Shown here: piece by piece, positions 30,884 to 39,381 of the stretch
How positions within the stretch are numbered: position 1 is the first letter of the stretch
How the letters are laid out: every line of letters starts with the position of its first letter
From: a virus
Virus record (IMG/VR): IMGVR_UViG_3300045988_039553
Span: 1-44,715 of that record
Reading direction: 5' to 3' (one strand)
DNA length: 44,715 nt
The notes under the pieces: generated by a model
What the model saw: only the letters and a program-made list of their open reading frames with translations
What the model was told of the DNA's origin: nothing
The model's database searches: none
Position numbers and translations under genes: made by a program

Positions 30884-31789
30884 TTACTCCTCGATGAAAA
30901 ACACCGTGCCATACGGCGCGTTGCTCGGCGGCGAAGCGCCGAACGTGTAGTTGCCGCTCAGCACCAGATAGCCGCCGCCGAGCGAGACGACAGGGTAGTC
31001 GCTGGCATCGTCTTTTCCGATCAATGCAAACGGCCCCAGCTTGGATTCAAGAAAGATATTTCCCGCTGCGTGCATCTTCATGCCGCCATAGGTCGCCGTC
31101 AGACCGACGCCGACCTGCCCCGTGCCCGTGTAGGCAAGATCCATGCTGCCGACAGGGGTATCTCCGGCCAGCAGGCTTACGCTCCCGCCGCGCAGCGCGC
31201 CCGCCGTCAGAGTGCCGTCGATGTTGACTGCCTTGACGTGCAGATCGACAGTCCCCGTGCTCGCCACCTGCACGCCGTTGTAGTTGAGTTTGAAGATCGT
31301 GCCGTTCTCGCCGCTCGTCGCGCCCAGCGTGAAGCCGGTCGCGCTCTGGTCGAAAATGCTCTGTGCCTGCGTCGCGTCGATCTTGGTGCTTACCGTCGCG
31401 CGGATGCCGTTCACGTCGGCCTTGATGTTTGTGATCGCGCCGTCGAGGTTCGAAATGCTCGCCTGCAAGCCCTTTGCCGTTGTGTCAAGCTGCGTGATGT
31501 CCCCCTCAGCATCGCTAAGTCGAGCATCTAATCCTTTCGCTGTAATGGAAATTTCATTTACGTTCTTGTCCGTATCTTCGATCTTGGCGTAGATCGGCTC
31601 GGAAATATTCTTGATAAACTCGCTCAGTGCATTCTGATTGATGTTGCTCCCGTCCAGATTGAAAAGCGTATACCGAAGCTGTTCCAGAAGCACGAAAAGG
31701 TAGTCGTAGACCCCGTTGATCTGCTCCTGCGTGTCTTTGCCTTCGCCGTTCGGGAAGGTCGTCTCCACCAGCTGAAATGTCGTCGGCAC
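30884..31789 (-). CDS. Tail fibre / tail-associated protein with a coiled-coil repeat region
   Basis: Repeated segments ...ITAKGLDARLSDAEGDITQLDTTAKGLQASISNLDGAITNIKADVNGIRATV... Confidence 0.6.
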   Translation of the reverse strand: MPTTFQLVETTFPNGEGKDTQEQINGVYDYLFVLLEQLRYTLFNLDGSNINQNALSEFIKNISEPIYAKIEDTDKNVNEISITAKGLDARLSDAEGDITQLDTTAKGLQASISNLDGAITNIKADVNGIRATVSTKIDATQAQSIFDQSATGFTLGATSGENGTIFKLNYNGVQVASTGTVDLHVKAVNIDGTLTAGALRGGSVSLLAGDTPVGSMDLAYTGTGQVGVGLTATYGGMKMHAAGNIFLESKLGPFALIGKDDASDYPVVSLGGGYLVLSGNYTFGASPPSNAPYGTVFFIEE

Positions 31790-31795
31790 TTGTCA

Positions 31796-32161
31796 TCACA
31801 CCTTCCAGTTGCCCCGGCTTTCTTTCCGGTTGGTCCTGCGCCACCATGCCATAGCATCGGCCACCGCCTCGTTGGCAATGGCGTGGTCGTTGGCATAGAG
31901 CGCGCTGTCCTGATTGTAAGCGTCGAGCTGCGCTGCCAAATACAGGTGGTAACACTCGTTGTGGCCGTCCGCCAGCAGCAATTCCATGTCTTCGACACTC
32001 GCGGTGTCATCCTCCACGCTCACCTTGAGGGTGGGGGCTTCCACCCCCATCATTTCGGCAATTCGGTGCTCAAGCCCCATGAGGATTTCCGCCTTGCGCG
32101 GCGTGCTCAATTTGTTAGGCCGCAGCGCATCCGCGTCACGGATAGCTTTCAGCATTTTCAT
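31796..32161 (-). CDS. Hypothetical virion-module protein (121 aa)
   Basis: Track ORF. Confidence 0.5.
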   Translation of the reverse strand: MKMLKAIRDADALRPNKLSTPRKAEILMGLEHRIAEMMGVEAPTLKVSVEDDTASVEDMELLLADGHNECYHLYLAAQLDAYNQDSALYANDHAIANEAVADAMAWWRRTNRKESRGNWKV

Positions 32162-32164
32162 ACA

Positions 32165-32965
32165 TTAGACCTCCGTGAAATACTGCCCCGCCAGCTCATG
32201 CGGCAAATACTGCAAGACGATCTTGCCGCCCGCGGCCTCGCCGATACGCTCGCACTTGTACGTCTTGCCGTCCTCGCCGTCGAGGTAATACTTGCCGTAC
32301 TCGTATTCCATGCCGCGCGCTGCGGGGATGGGGTCTGCCTGCGTGCCTGCGTGGTCGACGTTGATGATCGTCCAGAGATTGGGCGTCTTGTCCGGCGTAT
32401 AGTCGGCTTGCGAGGTATGACCCAGACGGCACTTGTACACCTTGCCGCCGTAGCTCCTGCGGTCGCCCTTAGCGCAAGCCACGGGGTACGCCCATGCCGT
32501 GATGAGTTCCGGCACGCTCGCCGCCTCGCCGTCGCTCAGGCTGACCGCTGCCTGCTCGATAATGGGGCGCAGTTTCACCGCGCGGGCATACGTGACCGGC
32601 CCACCCGCAAGGGCGGTAACGGTCGCTTTGGCGCTTTCCGTTTCCGTGGGCTTGCCCATCTTAATGGATACCGTGCCGTCGCGGTGGTCGGTGATGTCGC
32701 CCGCAAGACTGTACTCGCTGTTGTCGTACTCATTGACGACTTCCTTGGTCTCGCCCGTGGGCTTCCCCTGCTCGTCCAGCACGTCCACCATATCGCGCTG
32801 CACGATGCTCCACGGCGTATTGTCGGGCAGCAGTGCCGCCACGGCGTCGTGGGACATGGTGAGGTAGATGGTTTTGGTGTCACGTCCGTCCCACGAGCGG
32901 TCAGTACGGTTGCCGTTGACCGTAGCGGGGTATTCCGTGTTGTTGACTTTGATGTGGATACTCAT
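32165..32965 (-). CDS. Tail-associated protein with a CBM5/12-like carbohydrate-binding motif
   Basis: GDRRSYGGKVYKCRLGHTSQADYTPDKTPNLW resembles the CBM5/12 signature Y.G..Y.....H.S...W.P.....LW. Confidence 0.55.
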   Translation of the reverse strand: MSIHIKVNNTEYPATVNGNRTDRSWDGRDTKTIYLTMSHDAVAALLPDNTPWSIVQRDMVDVLDEQGKPTGETKEVVNEYDNSEYSLAGDITDHRDGTVSIKMGKPTETESAKATVTALAGGPVTYARAVKLRPIIEQAAVSLSDGEAASVPELITAWAYPVACAKGDRRSYGGKVYKCRLGHTSQADYTPDKTPNLWTIINVDHAGTQADPIPAARGMEYEYGKYYLDGEDGKTYKCERIGEAAGGKIVLQYLPHELAGQYFTEV

Positions 32966-32977
32966 GTGTGCTCCTTT

Positions 32978-34108
32978 CTATTGCGGCGTGGCGTTCTCTT
33001 GCAGCCACGCCAGAAGATCGCCCGAGGGGGCTTCGTCGAAAGTAATGGTGCGGTATACCTCCCCCCGCCAGCCGTTTCGGTAGGCGAGTTCCCTGGTCTC
33101 GGTAATCTTTCTATAGTAGATTAAAGTTCTTACACCGTAAGTGTCGTCGTAGTCTCGGATAAGATGGTCGTAGGTAAAGCCATAATAGCCAGACACAAAG
33201 CTGACAGCAATCCCGCTACTATACCCCCAGAAGTTGTCTGGCTGCGACGTTATATCAATGGTTTCGTTGAAGTACCACGTCAAGCTCACATCCGGCTCAA
33301 AGTTGATATCATACCCTGTCCCGCCGATGAGCGTCCTGCCCTTGAGGATATTGTACACCGTGCCGTTGACGAGGCACTTCCCACCCTTAATTTCATAGGC
33401 TGTGCCATTGACGAGGGTCTTGTGTGTAGCGGGAGGGGGTGGCGTGACATTGCCGGAGCTGTCGACTTCCATGTCGGGCGGAAGAATGAGCGCGGGGCGG
33501 ATGCCAGTTGAGTTGGATGCTTTGCTGGTCTCGCCGACGCCGTCGTAGTTGACGAGCCACACCAAGCTGGTGCTGTAGGTGAACGGTGAACGGAGCCCCC
33601 AGTGGTCGGCCGAGCCGTTCAGTTTCGCAATACGCTTGTTGTTGGCGGACGTGTCGGTTCCAGATTCAAAGTAGGACAGCTTCGCACCATCTTGCGGGAA
33701 GTAGGGGTTATCGCTGGTCGTGAAGCCAATCTCGTAGCCGGACAGCAGGAAAATCTTGCAGAGCAAGCCGTTAGCACCACTCTGATCCGAGCCACTGGAA
33801 CCGCCGTTCTTGCGATACGGAATCTTCACCTGCTTGATTGCGTCCCTGATGTTGCTCTCAAACGCGTTCAAGAGCGTGCTGTTCAGTATGCTGTGGATGG
33901 TGCTGTTCTCCAGATTGTTCACATCCGAGCTGTGCCATCGTGTGGCCTCGAAGATGTCCTTCATCAGCAACCAAGTGCCGTCGCAGGATTCGTCGTACAG
34001 AGAACTCGGTTTGCCCTGATGGACGACGATAAACTCTTTCGCTGCACCGTTGACGTTCAGTTTGACGATACTGCCGACGGCTTTGGTGCCGAGTTTTGCA
34101 CTTGCCAT
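32978..34108 (-). CDS. Receptor-binding / tail-fibre-associated protein (DUF6273-like WGLRSP...IRPAL motif)
   Basis: Contains HWGLRSP and GIRPALILP. Confidence 0.5.
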   Translation of the reverse strand: MASAKLGTKAVGSIVKLNVNGAAKEFIVVHQGKPSSLYDESCDGTWLLMKDIFEATRWHSSDVNNLENSTIHSILNSTLLNAFESNIRDAIKQVKIPYRKNGGSSGSDQSGANGLLCKIFLLSGYEIGFTTSDNPYFPQDGAKLSYFESGTDTSANNKRIAKLNGSADHWGLRSPFTYSTSLVWLVNYDGVGETSKASNSTGIRPALILPPDMEVDSSGNVTPPPPATHKTLVNGTAYEIKGGKCLVNGTVYNILKGRTLIGGTGYDINFEPDVSLTWYFNETIDITSQPDNFWGYSSGIAVSFVSGYYGFTYDHLIRDYDDTYGVRTLIYYRKITETRELAYRNGWRGEVYRTITFDEAPSGDLLAWLQENATPQ

Positions 34109-34120
34109 CTCAGCGCCTCC

Positions 34121-36073
34121 TTATTGAAAGTACCAGTTGATAGCGTAGTTCTCGGTGGGCGTGGTCTCCGATGCAACCAGCGTCTGCTTGGTGATGTTGC
34201 CGCTTGCGATATAGTCGCTGCCGCGCGTTGCCGCCACCAGCCCGCCCGAGCCGTTGCCCTTGATGAGAGAGGTGGTGGAGGGCACGTTCACGGGGCCTGC
34301 GGGGCCCTGCGGGCCGGTCGCACCGGTATCGCCTTTCTCGCCCCGCTCGCCCTGGTCTCCCTTGGGGCCTTTGATGTTGACCGTCGCGGGATTCGCAAGC
34401 CCGCCGTCGTTCGTCCAACTCAGGTCTCCCGCCGCGGACACAGCAGGGGTAAAGGTCGCACCTTTCGCGCCGTCCGCACCGGCAGGGCCCTGCGGGCCCG
34501 TCAGGCCTTGCGGGCCGGTTTCACCTTGCGGACCAGTCTTGCCCTGCGGGCCCTGTTCACCCTGCGGACCCCTTGGCCCCTCTGGTCCGGTATCTCCCTT
34601 CGCGCCGTCAGTGCCGGCAGGCCCCCGTGCGCCCGTGTCGCCCTTCGGGCCCTTGAGGTTCACGGTCTGCGGATTCGCCTTGCCGCCGTCGTTCGTCCAC
34701 GACAGGTCGCCGTCGTCGCTCATGCTCGGCGTGAACGTCACGCCGTCACGTCCGTTTGTCCCGTCCTTACCCGGCGCACCGTCTGCGCCGTCTTTCCCAG
34801 GCAGGCCGTCCGCGCCCTTTGCGCCGTCCTTGCCGGGGGCTCCATCCGCCCCGGCAGGGCCTTGAGGACCAGTCTCGCCGGGATCGCCTTTCGGGCCCTG
34901 CGGACCCTCGGGCCCCGTGTCACCTTTCGCGCCCTGCAAGGGGCCGTTGTTGATGAACTCGCCGGTAATACCGTCGAAAATGTAGATGTCGTAGGGCTCC
35001 GCCGTGCCCACGCCGTAGGCATCGCCCGCCGCTGCGGTCGCTTTCTGCGCGGCGTCCAGCGCAGCCTTCGTGCCGTAATAGCCCAGCACCTTGAAGCCTT
35101 TGCCGGTGTCCCCTTTGGGGCCTGCTGGCCCCGTCTCTCCTTGCGGGCCGGTCTGCCCCTGCTGGCCTTGTTCGCCCTTCGGGCCGCGCGGACCTTCGGG
35201 GCCGGTCGGTCCGGTCGCGCCGATGTCACCTTTCTCTCCTTGGGGGCCGGTATCGCCCTTGTCGCCTTTCAGCGCGGCAAGCTGTGCCGCCGTGAAGTCG
35301 GAATAGGTAAAGGCATCGCCCTTGTCGCCCTTTGTGCCCTGCGGGCCAGCGGGGCCAATCTCGCCTTGAATGCCCTGCTCTCCCTGCGGGCCGCGCGCGC
35401 CGGTTTCACCTTTGGGGCCCTGCGGACCGGTCGCGCCGGTTGCGCCGGTCTCGCCTTTTGGACCCTGTGCGCCGGTTGCGCCCGTGTCGCCCTTGGGGCC
35501 GGTCGAGCCTGTGTCGCCCTTTGGTCCCTGTGCGCCGGTGTCGCCCTTGGGGCCGACTTCGCCCTGCGGACCGGTCGCGGCAACACCCGTGTCGGCAAAA
35601 GCGCCCGCCGTGGCGTCCCACTTGAACCAGTTGCCCGTGGTCTCGTCGACGTATGGCATCTTGGAAACCGCCGTCTCCGCATCCGCCGCCGCCCGCAAAA
35701 CTTCATCGACCCAGCTTTGATAGGCCGGAGGCGGTGCCTCTCCGCTGTTTTCCAGCGTTTCGCGCACGCGTGTTTTATATATCTGGCTCTTCACAATGGT
35801 ATCGCCAACGGTATAGCGCAGCTCTGCCGCGCCCTCACCGGCCACCGCCGTATCAACACTCGATACCAGCCACACGAGCGCGCCGTCTTCTTCTGTCACC
35901 GTCACGGGATACGGCTGCGCATCGCCGTTTCGCTGCACAATCAGGCTCGCCACGCCCTCGCCATAGCCCTCGCGCCACTTTCCCAGCACGTCAAAGACGA
36001 CCTTGCGCGCCTGATTCTCGCCCCTGCGCCCGAGCTTGATCTCTTCGAGCGCGTAAGCATTTTCAATAACCAT
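34121..36073 (-). CDS. Collagen-like (Gly-X-Y) tail fibre protein with a BppU-N-like N-terminal domain
   Basis: Several long GXY runs between about 34258 and 35572. They are interrupted by globular inserts, two of which are paralogous (G[VA][21 protein letters not shown][LI]KGPKGD). Confidence 0.85.
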   Translation of the reverse strand: MVIENAYALEEIKLGRRGENQARKVVFDVLGKWREGYGEGVASLIVQRNGDAQPYPVTVTEEDGALVWLVSSVDTAVAGEGAAELRYTVGDTIVKSQIYKTRVRETLENSGEAPPPAYQSWVDEVLRAAADAETAVSKMPYVDETTGNWFKWDATAGAFADTGVAATGPQGEVGPKGDTGAQGPKGDTGSTGPKGDTGATGAQGPKGETGATGATGPQGPKGETGARGPQGEQGIQGEIGPAGPQGTKGDKGDAFTYSDFTAAQLAALKGDKGDTGPQGEKGDIGATGPTGPEGPRGPKGEQGQQGQTGPQGETGPAGPKGDTGKGFKVLGYYGTKAALDAAQKATAAAGDAYGVGTAEPYDIYIFDGITGEFINNGPLQGAKGDTGPEGPQGPKGDPGETGPQGPAGADGAPGKDGAKGADGLPGKDGADGAPGKDGTNGRDGVTFTPSMSDDGDLSWTNDGGKANPQTVNLKGPKGDTGARGPAGTDGAKGDTGPEGPRGPQGEQGPQGKTGPQGETGPQGLTGPQGPAGADGAKGATFTPAVSAAGDLSWTNDGGLANPATVNIKGPKGDQGERGEKGDTGATGPQGPAGPVNVPSTTSLIKGNGSGGLVAATRGSDYIASGNITKQTLVASETTPTENYAINWYFQ

Positions 36074-36092
36074 GTTGTCACCTCTCTTATGG

Positions 36093-36136
36093 AAAACGGC
36101 GCAGCAAGAGCGACTTTTTCGTCCCTTGCTGCGCCG
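36093..36136 (-). terminator. Strong rho-independent terminator between the capsid and fibre genes
   Basis: 12-bp stem CGGCGCAGCAAG / CTTGCTGCGCCG followed by TTTTCC on the minus strand. Confidence 0.8.
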
Positions 36137-36175
36137 TGTCGCAACTCATTTTTCGTGTCTCGCGGTCGTATTCAC

Positions 36176-36457
36176 TTACGCGTTGTGGGCCTTCGCGCTC
36201 TCAACGTAGTCGCTGCTCATCGTCTGGATGAGATTTGCGGTCGAGGCATCCTGTCTCATCTGGTTCTGGATGGCCCACAGGAACTTTCTCTTGACCTGTA
36301 CGGTCACGCCGCGCTGAATCAGGCAGCTTTCGCCGTTCACGCACACCAGCAGGTCATCCTTGTACTTGCCGCTGTCCTTGAACAGGCGGACGCTGACGTA
36401 CTCCTCGCCCGCGGGGGCGGCGTTCACAGCCGCAACGGCGTTCTTTGCTTCGCTCAT
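36176..36457 (-). CDS. Small capsid-adjacent protein (93 aa; possible head decoration or accessory protein)
   Basis: GGAGG lies 8 nt before the ATG at 36457. An alternative GTG start exists at 36496. Confidence 0.55.
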   Translation of the reverse strand: MSEAKNAVAAVNAAPAGEEYVSVRLFKDSGKYKDDLLVCVNGESCLIQRGVTVQVKRKFLWAIQNQMRQDASTANLIQTMSSDYVESAKAHNA

Positions 36458-36501
36458 CGGTCTTTCCTCCGTTTCAGTGGCGGGGGCGGCGTTCACAGCC
36501 G
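36412..36501. repeat. 21-bp direct repeat GGGGGCGGCGTTCACAGCCGC (36412-36432 and 36481-36501)
   Basis: Read directly. The two copies flank the ATG at 36457. Confidence 0.9.
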
Positions 36502-36513
36502 CCCCCTTGGTGG

Positions 36514-37773
36514 TTAGGTCAGCGGGGTCTCGTCAAACGTAGAAGTGGTCTCCACGCGAATCATATACGCCTCAACCAGACGTTCGGCGACCTTGGTCGC
36601 CTTCCAGCCGACGGTTGCACGCTGGTTCAGCGGGTCAGCCGTACCGGCAGAGCCGAGCGGCTTGACGATGTGCTCAAGGCCACCACCGGTCAGCTCGGTC
36701 GTACCGTAAGCCTCCGCGCCCATGATGAGGGTGGAGTAGACGTTGCGGCCCTTCGCACCGGCTTCGCCCGGATAGATGGTGGTCGACGCCGTCGGGGTGG
36801 CAGCAGGCGCTTCTTTCAACGTGATCGTCGCGCTGCCAGCACCCGCGGCCGTGGCACTCTCGATCTCAAGAAGTGCACCACCGATGACGACCTCACGGCC
36901 AGCCAACTTTGCGGCGTCAGCAGTAGTGATGGCCTCGTTTACGGTCAAGACCTTGCTGGATGCGCTCTTGACGGTCAGGTCGCGTGCGCCCTCAGTCAGG
37001 TCATCCGCGTGGAACACCTTCGCTTCGGTCGTCTCGATAAAGCGGACGCCCGCGATCTTGCCGATCTCGTCGTCGTAGATGTTGCTGGTGTCCTTGTACT
37101 CGTGCGGGCGCTTCCAATCAGGGTCATCCTGAATGTCGTAGGAACAGTCAGGGTGAATGATGGCCCAGTAAGAACCCTCATAGCGCGGGGCGTTCATGGT
37201 TTTCAGGAAGCGAACCGCCTTGCGGACGGCGCGCACCGTGAAATAGTGGTTGCCCGCGGCCTCGCCGCCAACGAGCAGATGACGGCCCGTCACCTGACCT
37301 TCGCCGTACTGGACGTTGGAGCCGCCGTTGATGACCTCGCGGGTGATGGTGTCGAGCGTGCGGCCCGCCTGAGAGCCGAGCAGCACCGTCGCTTCCTGCA
37401 GGTTGTTGTCGATGGCGGTCAGGTCGAGGATATCGGAAATCTCGACGAAATCGCCGTACTGGTCGACCTGCGCGGTCAGCGTGGTCATGGACAGCTTACG
37501 TCCCTTGGGCGTCACGCCTTCGGTGATGGGCGTCAAGGCCTTGGGCAGCGGATCATACTTACGGAACTCGATTTCCTTGCCCTTGCCCTTGGGGATGTTG
37601 CGCTTCTGCGCGAAGCGGTCATGCACCAGCTCGGGTTCGGCGTTGTCGATCAGGGTGTCGCAGTAGTAGGTCTTCATCTCGCCCGAGAGACCGGCATCGG
37701 TCGTCACGTTCGTCTGGCCCTCAAACAGGCTCAGAATAACGGGCAGAATGAAAATGTCTTTGAACTTCTTCAT
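36514..37773 (-). CDS. Major capsid protein, N4-gp56-like family
   Basis: AGLSGEMKTYYCDTLIDNAEPELVHDRFAQKRNIPKGKGKEIEFRKYDPLPKALTPITEGVTP matches the recalled N-terminal signature of this family. AAGGGAGA SD. Confidence 0.85.
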   Translation of the reverse strand: MKKFKDIFILPVILSLFEGQTNVTTDAGLSGEMKTYYCDTLIDNAEPELVHDRFAQKRNIPKGKGKEIEFRKYDPLPKALTPITEGVTPKGRKLSMTTLTAQVDQYGDFVEISDILDLTAIDNNLQEATVLLGSQAGRTLDTITREVINGGSNVQYGEGQVTGRHLLVGGEAAGNHYFTVRAVRKAVRFLKTMNAPRYEGSYWAIIHPDCSYDIQDDPDWKRPHEYKDTSNIYDDEIGKIAGVRFIETTEAKVFHADDLTEGARDLTVKSASSKVLTVNEAITTADAAKLAGREVVIGGALLEIESATAAGAGSATITLKEAPAATPTASTTIYPGEAGAKGRNVYSTLIMGAEAYGTTELTGGGLEHIVKPLGSAGTADPLNQRATVGWKATKVAERLVEAYMIRVETTSTFDETPLT

Positions 37774-37816
37774 AGAGTTTTGTCTCCCTTCTTACAGTCG
37801 GTAAATTAGGCGGGCA

Positions 37817-38854
37817 TCAGAATACGATGCGCTCGCCGCGCCGAACGCGCCTTGCGATCTCTGCGCGGTCGGCCTTCGTGAATTTGCTCGGGTCACTCTT
37901 GACAATGACCCCCGGCTGGGAAGTGGTTCCATTCTCGTTCGGGCGCATTCCTTTCGCGCGGACATTGTCCATCACGCGCTTTTCCATCTCCGCCGCAGCT
38001 TTCGCCGCGCTACGAGCCTGAATGTCGCCTAAATGGGATACCTCGTAAGCGTCTTTTACAGGAACGCCAGCACGCAGCATCGCAATGAAACGCGGATTCT
38101 CCGCGACTTCGCGCTTGAGGTCGAAGTCAGGGTACTCGCCCGGTGCGTCCGCCGTGCCGACCAGCTCGCTCGCCTGACGGATCCAGTCGTTATAAGTCTC
38201 GTCGGCTTTCTGCTGGCGCTGCCTGTCTTCTTCCTGGCGTTTGAGCGCTTCGTTTTCCTGCTGCATCCGCGCATACTCGCGGTACTGTTCCACGCTCATG
38301 CCCATGCTCTCCGCTTCCGCATTGTAGAGCACGCTGTTGAGCGCCGCATCGCCCTCAAAAGCCGCACGCAGCTTACTCATATCGCCGTCCGACACGCCAT
38401 AATGGCGCATCAGTGTGTCGATAATGGGCTGCGAATCTGCGATCTTCTGGTCTTTGGCCTTCTCTTCGCCGAATCTGCGGTTGATGATGCGCTGCGTCTC
38501 CGCGGTATAGACGTCCTTGTATTTGCCGTTTACGAGGTCAAGGAACTCCTTTTTCAGGTCTTCCCTGCCTTTTTCCGCAGCCCCGGCGTCGTGCTGCTGC
38601 ATCTTCGCGCCCTCGCCCTTCGGCTCGCCAGAAGAGGTCCCCGTATCGTCAGGTGTCTCCTGCTTGCCGAACACGACGTTGGCGTATTCGCCCGTTTTGC
38701 CCTTCCGGGTGGGAGAAGAGCTTGCATTCGTGGTCTCGCCCTGTGCGCTCGCGCCTCCCTCAGCGCCGCCCGATGCACCGGCAGCGGCCCCCGCAGCGGC
38801 AGCGCCGCCATCAAAGAGACTCAGGATCACGCGAAGCGTAGTTTTGAGGTTCAT
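37817..38854 (-). CDS. Scaffolding protein
   Basis: AGGAGGG SD before the ATG at 38854. Acidic, coiled-coil composition. C-terminus KFTKADRAEIARRVRRGERIVF. Position between the protease/portal genes and the capsid gene. Confidence 0.75.
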   Translation of the reverse strand: MNLKTTLRVILSLFDGGAAAAGAAAGASGGAEGGASAQGETTNASSSPTRKGKTGEYANVVFGKQETPDDTGTSSGEPKGEGAKMQQHDAGAAEKGREDLKKEFLDLVNGKYKDVYTAETQRIINRRFGEEKAKDQKIADSQPIIDTLMRHYGVSDGDMSKLRAAFEGDAALNSVLYNAEAESMGMSVEQYREYARMQQENEALKRQEEDRQRQQKADETYNDWIRQASELVGTADAPGEYPDFDLKREVAENPRFIAMLRAGVPVKDAYEVSHLGDIQARSAAKAAAEMEKRVMDNVRAKGMRPNENGTTSQPGVIVKSDPSKFTKADRAEIARRVRRGERIVF

Positions 38855-39017
38855 GGTATCCCTCCTGCTTGTCAAATCGCGGATATTCGGCCCTCCGTGT
38901 AGGCCGTGCAGCGCTTCCCATCATCCGCAGGGGAGGGGAGAGCGGCGAAAAGATGAAGAAAAACGCCGCCCCTCCCTCGCGGGCGTATGAATAGGAGGAA
39001 GCCACTCGCACGCCTAA

Positions 39018-39054
39018 AGCGTAACATGCGGCTTCCTCCGTCTCACCACGGGCG
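39018..39054 (-). promoter_or_regulatory. CCGTGGTGA-N19-TACGCT promoter-like box (copy i) upstream of the scaffold/capsid genes
   Basis: Minus strand reads cgcCCGTGGTGAgacggaggaagccgcatgtTACGCT. Confidence 0.5.
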
Positions 39055-39065
39055 AGAAAAATTTT

Positions 39066-39377
39066 TTAATTCTCTTTGACGTGCACGCAGATCGCGTCCG
39101 GCCTCGTGTCTTCCAGCTGCTTGAGCCCGATGCACGCGGCGATGAATGCCGCCTCGATGCGCTCGTCGCCGCCGCAGTGGATGAGGAAGCGCGGCGCACC
39201 ATCGTCTATCTCGAAGCCATAGACCTCGCACTCTCCCTCAGCTTCCATGTTCTTCACATAGCCGCCGAAGGCATACATCACACCCGTGATGTAATTGCAG
39301 CATTTCTCGTCCGCCGAATGTCCTTCGCACAGGATCATGTATCGACCAATTTCGTGCTCGATGTGAACCATCGTCAT
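39066..39377 (-). CDS. prp: Prp-like (ribosomal-processing cysteine protease, DUF464) homologue; candidate prohead maturation protease
   Basis: CEGHSADEKCCNYITGVMYAF gives a His...Cys dyad context like GHA...DIVCAAVS. C-terminal pattern AAFIAACIGLKQLEDTRPDAICVHV. Located between the portal and scaffold genes. Confidence 0.6.
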   Translation of the reverse strand: MTMVHIEHEIGRYMILCEGHSADEKCCNYITGVMYAFGGYVKNMEAEGECEVYGFEIDDGAPRFLIHCGGDERIEAAFIAACIGLKQLEDTRPDAICVHVKEN

Positions 39378-39381
39378 GCAC

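Noticed and set aside
33602-36517. 971-aa plus-strand ORF, the second-longest ORF in the track
   Set aside because: It is the antisense of the collagen-like fibre gene and the small capsid-adjacent gene. Its translation is Arg/Ala/Leu/Gly low complexity, and it has no SD. GC-rich GXY repeats simply lack stop codons on the opposite strand.
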